From contig CAZASM010000002.1 of NCBI GenBank assembly GCA_964487895.1, forward strand, positions 1-61,865: a stretch of 61,865 bases of DNA. Reading direction: 5' to 3'. A program made the translations under genes and the position numbers. The notes beneath the pieces are model-generated. The model did not search any database and was not told the DNA's origin. It saw only the letters and a program-made list of their open reading frames with translations. Of the stretch, positions 48,102 to 53,795 are shown piece by piece. The stretch's first letter is position 1; every line of letters starts with the position of its first letter. The DNA comes from an uncultured Gammaproteobacteria bacterium. Its GTDB lineage: Bacteria; Patescibacteriota; Patescibacteriia; UBA1558; 2-01-FULL-52-15.

Positions 48102-48482
48102 ATGAAGCCATTTGCTCTAGAATCCACCTTACCTGATAAGATCTTCGGGACATCTGACCCCAGGGCAATCATCGGGGGCTTCATTCGTATCAATGGTCAT
48201 CTTATTACAAGGATCGACGGTATCAGTCTCAAACTTAGACTTACTGGTACCGAGTTGAGACTCTTTGTTCCCATTCCACTGTGGAATGTAAAGACACCGG
48301 ATGGGTCATATATCGGTGATGTCAGATGTCTGACATGTCTCTACGACGTGCACAAGGGACAGAACTGGTACATCGATATTGTACCTAGAGACACAAAGTT
48401 CCCTACTTCGGGACTTTCACGATCCGGATTCTCCGAGGGTCTGTGTGAGTCGATTCAGTTTGAATGGTTGGGAAACGACTAG
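48102..48482 (+). CDS. Cassette ORF B: hypothetical protein (126 aa)
   Basis: Start MKPFALE chosen because GGAAAGGAAG lies upstream. The track ORF begins 21 nt earlier without an SD. No family recognised. Confidence 0.55.
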   Translation: MKPFALESTLPDKIFGTSDPRAIIGGFIRINGHLITRIDGISLKLRLTGTELRLFVPIPLWNVKTPDGSYIGDVRCLTCLYDVHKGQNWYIDIVPRDTKFPTSGLSRSGFSEGLCESIQFEWLGND

Positions 48483-48661
48483 CCATCAACTCGATCTTCA
48501 CAACGACAGACCGCAATGGTTACTGTTCACCCCGCCCCGACAGCAATGTTGGGGCCACTTCCAAGCGCTTTAGCTCTATTGAACTTGAGCGCTTAGAAGT
48601 GACTTAGTTCCTTACAACTTTCAACTTACAACTGTTTCCAACTACTATCATGGAGCCCACT

Positions 48662-48823
48662 ATGATTGAGATGGTAGGTACTAATTGGATTCGTCTAATT
48701 GTTACCTCGATCTCTATTCATTGGCTGCATTTTCCTTGTGAAGATGTAAAGCCCATTGAGACCCAACAGCTTCTGGCTGAAGGGATGAGCTCCATAATTG
48801 TGGTTGGAAATAATCCAACCTAA
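48662..48823 (+). CDS. Cassette ORF C: possible small protein (53 aa; 57 aa if the start is 48650)
   Basis: Below the ORF-track cutoff and read by hand: MIEMVGTNWIRLIVTSISIHWLHFPCEDVKPIETQQLLAEGMSSIIVVGNNPT. GGAG lies 6 nt upstream. GC is lower than in the neighbours, so coding status is uncertain. Confidence 0.25.
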   Translation: MIEMVGTNWIRLIVTSISIHWLHFPCEDVKPIETQQLLAEGMSSIIVVGNNPT

Positions 48824-48880
48824 TAGTCCGTGTTCGGGCATCCTCGTCTGACAGAAGATCAAACTTGTTTGGAGGAAATG

Positions 48881-49141
48881 ATGGCAACGTTCATCACGAT
48901 CCCCGGTGGCAAGACGAAGAAGTTCCGCGCCCGGTTCTCCGGACACGAGACCATGAGCCGCGCCAAGTATGAGCGCATCGATGGGTTTCGGCCCAAGAAC
49001 CGTTTCCTGCCGAACTTCATGCAGGAGGTCGACGTGCCGGATCTCCGGTACTACCCGACGCTCTGCACCGAAAACGGTGTCTCCTGCGCTCCGGCTCACG
49101 AGTGGCCCGACAGCAACGGCGAACACTTCATCGCGGTCTGA
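48881..49141 (+). CDS. Cassette ORF D: hypothetical protein (86 aa)
   Basis: GGAGG 5 nt upstream of the second ATG. G/C at nearly all third codon positions in this frame, which argues for plus-strand coding over the longer antisense ORF. Confidence 0.65.
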   Translation: MATFITIPGGKTKKFRARFSGHETMSRAKYERIDGFRPKNRFLPNFMQEVDVPDLRYYPTLCTENGVSCAPAHEWPDSNGEHFIAV

Positions 49142-49169
49142 ATTCCACATTCACAATGGAGGGCGGAAA

Positions 49170-49385
49170 GTGAAAGATCTTATCACACTGTCTGAAGTCG
49201 TCGAGCTGTTGCTGGCAAAGGGCCTGAAGCAGTTCGCTGAGGCCGACAACGGGACCACCAAGACCTACATCTTCACCATCCCTGGTGAGCCGGACTTGAT
49301 TCAGATCGAAGGTCCGACTGATCGTCCGGTCAAGGTGGTCGCGTCCGAAGCGGCCAGTCGATTCGTGGACACCTATCTGCACTAG
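49170..49385 (+). CDS. Cassette ORF E: hypothetical protein (71 aa, GTG start)
   Basis: GGAGG 7 nt upstream of an in-frame GTG. The track ORF (48969-49385) extends upstream through ORF D in another frame. Confidence 0.55.
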   Translation: MKDLITLSEVVELLLAKGLKQFAEADNGTTKTYIFTIPGEPDLIQIEGPTDRPVKVVASEAASRFVDTYLH

Positions 49386-49429
49386 CAGACCGGCATTAGG
49401 CAGTCTGCACCAATCGAAAGAGGTGTGTC

Positions 49430-49579
49430 ATGGAGCAGATCAAACAGATTCGACCTGTTATCTTCACCCCCGAGCAGCTCAAGGCTGTCACGGGCAAGGC
49501 CACCTGTAACTGTGTCTATCATGCTGAGCAGGGAATTCCCTGTGAGCATGATCTCGCGCTGCTCAAGCGCGGCAAGTAA
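49430..49579 (+). CDS. Cassette ORF F: 49-aa stand-alone SWIM-type zinc-finger micro-protein
   Basis: Hand-translated: MEQIKQIRPVIFTPEQLKAVTGKATCNCVYHAEQGIPCEHDLALLKRGK. SD AGAGGTG is upstream. The C26-x-C28-x9-C38-x-H40 spacing fits the CxCxnCxH SWIM signature. Confidence 0.55.
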   Translation: MEQIKQIRPVIFTPEQLKAVTGKATCNCVYHAEQGIPCEHDLALLKRGK

Positions 49580-49708
49580 CACTGGAGCTTCACGCTCGTC
49601 TTCCCCGAACCAATGCATCAGCAAAGGTTCGGGGGTCTACTCAAGCTTTCAATTCGTTGACGGTTTAAGCAGATCCCGTTCTTTGAAACAATTTAAATAG
49701 AGGTCTCT

Positions 49709-49918
49709 ATGACTTTCCATGAGTTGATGATGTCCAAGCATCAGTCAATGATCTTGGATTATTTCGAGATCTGGCTGAAAGATCCTACTGCAGTCCCTCA
49801 CGAAGTCGATGTTCTTCTTCATGAGGCGGCACTGACGGAAGATTTAAAAGAACGCCTACCGCAAGTCCAGTTCCTGCTTGATCTCAAGCGCAGACTAGAA
49901 AAGATTGCGCTGACATAA
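49709..49918 (+). CDS. Cassette ORF G: hypothetical acidic helical protein (69 aa)
   Basis: AGAGG 5 nt upstream of the ATG. No family recognised. Confidence 0.55.
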   Translation: MTFHELMMSKHQSMILDYFEIWLKDPTAVPHEVDVLLHEAALTEDLKERLPQVQFLLDLKRRLEKIALT

Positions 49919-49937
49919 TCTCTCGAAAGGAGATACG

Positions 49938-50123
49938 ATGGAATCCCAACTGATGGGAATCGGCATCCTGCTCACCGTGCTCTACGGCATGTGTCACATG
50001 CTGGGAGTGCGAGCTCGCCGTGCCTACTGGCGCAGTCTGCGCTGGTGCGCTGTCGGTCTGATTCGGGTCCCCGTCCTCGCTATTCGTGGACTGGCGAATG
50101 CCATTCTGCGACTGATTCTCTAA
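49938..50123 (+). CDS. Cassette ORF H: small membrane protein with an arginine-rich tail (61 aa)
   Basis: AAGGAG 5 nt upstream. TM segment GIGILLTVLYGMCHML, then RARRAYWRSLRW and a second hydrophobic stretch. Confidence 0.55.
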   Translation: MESQLMGIGILLTVLYGMCHMLGVRARRAYWRSLRWCAVGLIRVPVLAIRGLANAILRLIL

Positions 50124-50135
50124 AAGGAGGCTCTG

Positions 50136-50426
50136 ATGTCCAGACTGGATTTTGTAGTGTACTCAGACGGTAGGGTCAACGTCAGTAAGAACCTGACGTT
50201 GGCCGCAGACATCGCCAGTGAGAAACGGGACGGTACCAATCCGACCACACTCCAGAGTCACTTCCACCTGGAGTTCAATCAGGTGGACTCTGCTAACGAA
50301 GCGTTGAACATCCTCATTGCCGCTCACTACCTGGAGATGAGCGGCAACCCCCAGGAATCTGGCGCCAGCGGAGTCGAAAAGCTGGTGTCGGCCATCGTCG
50401 AGGCCCAGCGTCAGCCGTCGGACTAG
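50136..50426 (+). CDS. Cassette ORF I: hypothetical protein (96 aa)
   Basis: AAGGAGG 5 nt upstream. Last gene before the terminator. Confidence 0.6.
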   Translation: MSRLDFVVYSDGRVNVSKNLTLAADIASEKRDGTNPTTLQSHFHLEFNQVDSANEALNILIAAHYLEMSGNPQESGASGVEKLVSAIVEAQRQPSD

Positions 50427-50446
50427 TACCCCACGCAACACGCGTT

Positions 50447-50485
50447 CCGCCCGACCTATCGCAAGATAGGACGGGCGGTTTTTTT
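50447..50485 (+). terminator. Strong rho-independent terminator ending the cassette
   Basis: CCGCCCGACCTATC-GCAA-GATAGGACGGGCGG (13 bp paired, with one A-A mismatch), followed by TTTTTTT. Confidence 0.85.
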
Positions 50486-50487
50486 AC

Positions 50488-50614
50488 CCAGCACCACTTT
50501 CATCCAGCACCTGTTTCGCTCTCAAAGTTTAGGCTTACTCTTTAAATTCTATATAGTAGAAATCTTTTCTTATCATGAAATTATTCGTGCGAAACAGGTG
50601 CTGGATGGTGCTGG
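50488..50614. repeat. Long-range inverted repeat flanking a 69-bp AT-rich spacer
   Basis: The left arm is CCAGCACC (50488-50495) plus ATCCAGCACCTGTTTCGC (50502-50519). The right arm is GCGAAACAGGTGCTGGAT (50589-50606) plus GGTGCTGG (50607-50614). That gives 18 perfect bp plus 8 bp across a 6-nt bulge. Confidence 0.85.
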
Positions 50615-50616
50615 AT

Positions 50617-51300
50617 TTATTTCTTCGCTTCTAGTTCAGTCGCAGTTGTTGGATTAAATCCTTTGAATGTCAGCCACAGACCCAATGAAAATTCAAAGAC
50701 AGCCACCGGCAGAGCCGACAAGCCGGCAATTGGAGCGTGCTGTCCCACTAAACCAAACATCACTGCCAGATAGCTGACGAGCAGGATAGGGCCGCCAATG
50801 ATACCAATGACAGCCAGTCCTCGAGGTATCAGACGTGACTTATAGAGCAAAACTCCGAGTAAAATATCATTTATAGCCGGCATGAAGCTTTGGCCCAGCA
50901 GGAAGATACGATCATAGAGCGTAGCTAAGGTATGTCCAATTAGCTGTGCCTCTGCGCCAACTCCCTCCTGTCGCAAGGTCACGATGGTTAGAAGGAAAGC
51001 TACACCGACGAATATGGTAGCTGCTTCCAGTGTGCGGGCTGCGACCAGACCAAGGGCTAAGCGTTCACTTTGCTTCTTGAGCATCGGATACAAGACCACT
51101 GCCGTAGCGATACCTGCCAATGCCACAATGATCTCGAGGATGCCGCCAATAATGGTCACTGTGTCTGGTCCAGTGCCAGTAATATAACTCGGGCTATGTA
51201 TGGCAGTATAGAGTACCAGTGTCGGGATAGAGACGAACGTTAGCAAGTAGAGCAAGCCTGCTGTCAAAGAAATCTTTCTGTGTGCAGTCATCATAATCAT
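50617..51300 (-). CDS. DUF4386-like integral membrane protein (227 aa)
   Basis: Polytopic membrane protein. The N-terminal LTAGLLYLLTFVSIP... pattern resembles DUF4386 as I remember it. 58% GC in my sample, so part of the foreign block. Confidence 0.55.
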   Translation of the reverse strand: MIMMTAHRKISLTAGLLYLLTFVSIPTLVLYTAIHSPSYITGTGPDTVTIIGGILEIIVALAGIATAVVLYPMLKKQSERLALGLVAARTLEAATIFVGVAFLLTIVTLRQEGVGAEAQLIGHTLATLYDRIFLLGQSFMPAINDILLGVLLYKSRLIPRGLAVIGIIGGPILLVSYLAVMFGLVGQHAPIAGLSALPVAVFEFSLGLWLTFKGFNPTTATELEAKK

Positions 51301-51426
51301 TTTTATAAATTAAACTAATGTCGCTGTATTATACAGGTAATCAAGGGAAATAGATATCATATAAAATTTATAAAAAAACAGCCTTTTCAGACCTTTTGTT
51401 GGCACGCCATGAACCATAACGGTTCA

Positions 51427-51500
51427 TGGCTCGGGGACAGGGAGTCGAACCCCGATTGGCGGGACCAAAACCCGCTGTCCTACCTTTAGACGATCCCCGA
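51427..51500 (-). tRNA. tRNA-Gln (anticodon UUG), CCA encoded
   Basis: Hand-folded cloverleaf. Acceptor TCGGGGA/TCCCCGA, D stem GTCT/GGAC, anticodon stem GCGGG/CCCGC with loop TTTTGGT, T arm CGGGG-TTCGACT-CCCTG, discriminator G plus CCA. 74 nt. Confidence 0.9.
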
Positions 51501-51659
51501 ATGATGCAATTATAACTAAGATAATATAGTGGTTTAAACCGTAAAAGTCAATAATCAGCCTTGACAAAATTTGTTTTCGTGGTACGTTCAAATCATAAGA
51601 CACCGTTTCCCAACCCTGTGGATTACGGTGACACTACGTTCCATCACAAGGAGGTTAAG

Positions 51660-52157
51660 ATGAAGAAAATCGTCGGTTTAGTGCTGTGTCTCGGATTCTG
51701 TCTCGGGCTCATGACCACAGCTCAGGCAGCAAACGGACCTGCCGCACTCTGGGTTGCAGACGTCAGTTCGACCCCTACCCACTGGAATATCGAGACCAGT
51801 GCGACCATCACAGCTGAGGTTCGTGGAGTCGAGATTACTCCACTTCAACCGACAATCCCTGTCTGGGTGAAGAGCTCTGACTTTGGCAATCAGGAACTCC
51901 TCGCCTATCGCATCGGCGCTACCAACAACTACTCCTTCACCTACAAGCCACCAGACAACGCCTGCAATACCACTGTGGTCGCCTATGGAACAATCGGTCA
52001 CAATGCTAGCAACGACTTGATCGATGACGACCTGTTGAACAACAGCTCATCTGCAGCAGCTGGCTTCCGCTTCCTCTACCTCGGCGCACCTCTGGACTGT
52101 CATCCACTACCGATCAAGCCGATCACATGGGGAGCTCTGAAAGCGCGCTACAACTAG
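51660..52157 (+). CDS. Secreted hypothetical protein (165 aa)
   Basis: AAGGAGG 5 nt upstream of MKKIVGLVLCLGFCLGLMTTAQA, a signal peptide with an AQA cleavage site. 63% GC in my sample. The longer track ORF start has no SD. Confidence 0.6.
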   Translation: MKKIVGLVLCLGFCLGLMTTAQAANGPAALWVADVSSTPTHWNIETSATITAEVRGVEITPLQPTIPVWVKSSDFGNQELLAYRIGATNNYSFTYKPPDNACNTTVVAYGTIGHNASNDLIDDDLLNNSSSAAAGFRFLYLGAPLDCHPLPIKPITWGALKARYN

Positions 52158-52175
52158 CAACGCGTCCACCATCTT

Positions 52176-52212
52176 CGGGAGAGAACTATGTTCTCTCCCG
52201 TAATTTATTTAT
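52176..52212 (+). terminator. Hairpin terminator after the secreted-protein gene
   Basis: Perfect 11-bp stem CGGGAGAGAAC/GTTCTCTCCCG with loop TAT, followed by the T-rich TAATTTATTTAT. Confidence 0.6.
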
Positions 52213-52244
52213 GCTACAATTGTCACAAGACAAAGTATAATATT

Positions 52245-52823
52245 ATGATTTTAACTGATTCGGCCCATTATAATTTTATTAAATCTCTAACCTGGGAAGA
52301 AGTTTTCGAAATCTGGCGAGCTAATGAAGAAGCTAATCCTGCCTGGATTGCTCACTGGAAATCCAAAGGCTTTACTTCTTGGGAAAACTGGCGTCAAACT
52401 TTATCAGGGCCGTGGCATTGTGAGACTCGCCAATGGGAGCTCTACCGAGTGATTAATCCTTTAGCAGTGAGTCCTGGCTGGCGTGGTGGATCATTTAGAA
52501 CGTGGAGAACATTTTATTATCAAGGACAAGACTTCGCAACCTTCAGAGATATCGTCTCTGGTCCGAATATTCAGACGCATCCAGGATATCAAAAAATGCT
52601 TCTGATGTATGACGACTTTCCAGGTAAAACTACTATGTCCGCTTTCTTCACTGACCAAGGAATCGTCATCGCCGAAGGTATGCACCGTGGTTGCGCTCTA
52701 GCTCTCGCCGACCTCAATCACAAATCGATCACAACGGAAATATATCTGGCTGTTGCTGACGCGCGTGGAGAAACACTCGCTCCTGTCGGACAGAAACCTG
52801 AGGACAGTGGAATACGACTGTAA
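52245..52823 (+). CDS. Hypothetical Trp-rich protein (192 aa)
   Basis: Start moved to MILTDSAHY because the track start lies inside the preceding terminator hairpin. TATAAT lies 3 nt upstream of the ATG, with no SD. No family recognised. Confidence 0.5.
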   Translation: MILTDSAHYNFIKSLTWEEVFEIWRANEEANPAWIAHWKSKGFTSWENWRQTLSGPWHCETRQWELYRVINPLAVSPGWRGGSFRTWRTFYYQGQDFATFRDIVSGPNIQTHPGYQKMLLMYDDFPGKTTMSAFFTDQGIVIAEGMHRGCALALADLNHKSITTEIYLAVADARGETLAPVGQKPEDSGIRL

Positions 52824-52841
52824 CGATTTTAGTTAATTATA

Positions 52842-52891
52842 AAACCCGAGGTCCGACACTATCGTCGATTAACCTCGGGTTTGATTTTTTT
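52842..52891. terminator. Hairpin between the convergent 52245-52823 gene and deoD
   Basis: AAACCCGAGGT (19-nt loop) ACCTCGGGTTT, an 11-bp stem, followed by GATTTTTTT on the plus strand. Confidence 0.6.
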
Positions 52892-52898
52892 CAAGCAA

Positions 52899-53600
52899 TC
52901 ATGCCAGCTTGACAGCGACCCTCACCATGTTGTCAAGAGTCTGTTCACGCTGCTCGGCCGACATCCTATCACCAGTTGCCAAGCTATCGCTGACAGTCAG
53001 AATGGTCAGCGCCTCGACATGATGCTTCGCAGCGAGAGTATAAAGCTCATAGGCTTCCATCTCCGCTGCGAGCACTCCATACTGCGCCCACATCTTCCAA
53101 CCCTCTGGATCCTCCGAATAGAAGGTATCGGTTGAAAGGACATTTCCCACCGTAACCTTGAGCCCCAACTCTTGGCAGACTTGATGCGCCTGCAACAGTA
53201 GCTCCCAAGAAGCTAGAGGTGAGAATGTCCAAGCGCCAAACCTGGCCACATTCATCGCGGAGTCAGTGCAAGCACCAGCTGCGAGAATTAAGCTTCCCAA
53301 CGGCAACTCGGCGCTAAAAGAGCCACAGGTTCCGACTCTAATCAATCTTTTGACACCGAATTCCACGATCAGCTCGGTGCAGTAGATAGACAACGAGGGC
53401 ATACCCATACCAGTACCTTGGGCACTGATGGGCTTACCATTAGAAGTTGTCCCCGTGTAGCCCAGCATATTGCGCACACTGTTAACGCGGCGACCATCAT
53501 TGATGAAATTGTCAGCGATGTGCTTGGCCCTGAGTGGATCTCCAGGTAGAAGGACGGTTCGGGCATAATCACCACGATTCGCACCGATATGTGTGCTCAT
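52899..53600 (-). CDS. deoD: Purine nucleoside phosphorylase, DeoD type
   Basis: THIGA..GDYA..VLLPGDPLRA, GMGMPS and VGTCGS motifs. 233 aa. 55% GC in my sample. Confidence 0.9.
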   Translation of the reverse strand: MSTHIGANRGDYARTVLLPGDPLRAKHIADNFINDGRRVNSVRNMLGYTGTTSNGKPISAQGTGMGMPSLSIYCTELIVEFGVKRLIRVGTCGSFSAELPLGSLILAAGACTDSAMNVARFGAWTFSPLASWELLLQAHQVCQELGLKVTVGNVLSTDTFYSEDPEGWKMWAQYGVLAAEMEAYELYTLAAKHHVEALTILTVSDSLATGDRMSAEQREQTLDNMVRVAVKLA

Positions 53601-53656
53601 GTCTAACCCCTTTCGCTGACTAGGTGGGAGAACAAAAAAAGATCATTTACTTCCAG

Positions 53657-53684
53657 ATACTAGCAGTAAAGGGTGATTTGTCAA
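53657..53684 (-). promoter_or_regulatory. Candidate sigma70 promoter of deoD
   Basis: Minus strand: TTGACA (53679-53684), a 16-nt spacer, then TAGTAT (53657-53662). An AAGGGG SD precedes the ATG. Confidence 0.5.
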
Positions 53685-53795
53685 TTTACCCCGTTAGATA
53701 GAAGTTATCTAACGGGATAAAAAAAGCAGCTAAACTGTTCGGCTACTTTTACTCGACTCTTATTTCACAACCAGTAATCCTGAGAAAACAATAGG

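Larger units (their letters stand above)
47291..53716. other. GC-rich, compositionally foreign block (putative horizontally acquired DNA) containing tRNA-Gln
   Basis: Hand GC counts: 63% (49021-49080), 58% (50701-50760), 63% (51721-51780) and 55% (52921-52980), against 33-35% in flanking backbone samples. Most of its genes have strong SD sites. No recombinase gene was seen. Confidence 0.6.

Noticed and set aside
47911-48105. 64-aa ORF between cassette ORFs A and B
   Set aside because: It has no SD, unlike every neighbouring ORF. It runs through two strong hairpins and looks like a structured non-coding spacer.
47428-50441. Long minus-strand ORFs inside the cassette (47428-47814, 48695-49150, 49128-49382, 49382-49624, 50163-50441) and the overlapping plus-strand ORFs 48379-48573, 48969-49169 and 49991-50173
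   Set aside because: High-GC DNA produces long antisense and off-frame ORFs. The plus-strand set I kept has SD sites, G/C-rich third positions, a promoter upstream and a terminator downstream. The minus-strand ORFs have none of these.
45340-51500. Direct-repeat att sites derived from the 3' end of tRNA-Gln at other junctions of the GC-rich block
   Set aside because: The only match I could find by eye is the 7-mer GGGACAG, shared between the tRNA T-arm/acceptor region and the 45340-45365 palindrome. That is too short to be meaningful.
51561-52244. Longer track starts for the secreted-protein ORF (51561) and the Trp-rich ORF (52188)
   Set aside because: The 51561 start lacks an SD, whereas AAGGAGG precedes the internal Met that begins a signal peptide. 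The 52188 ATG lies in the loop of the preceding terminator hairpin.
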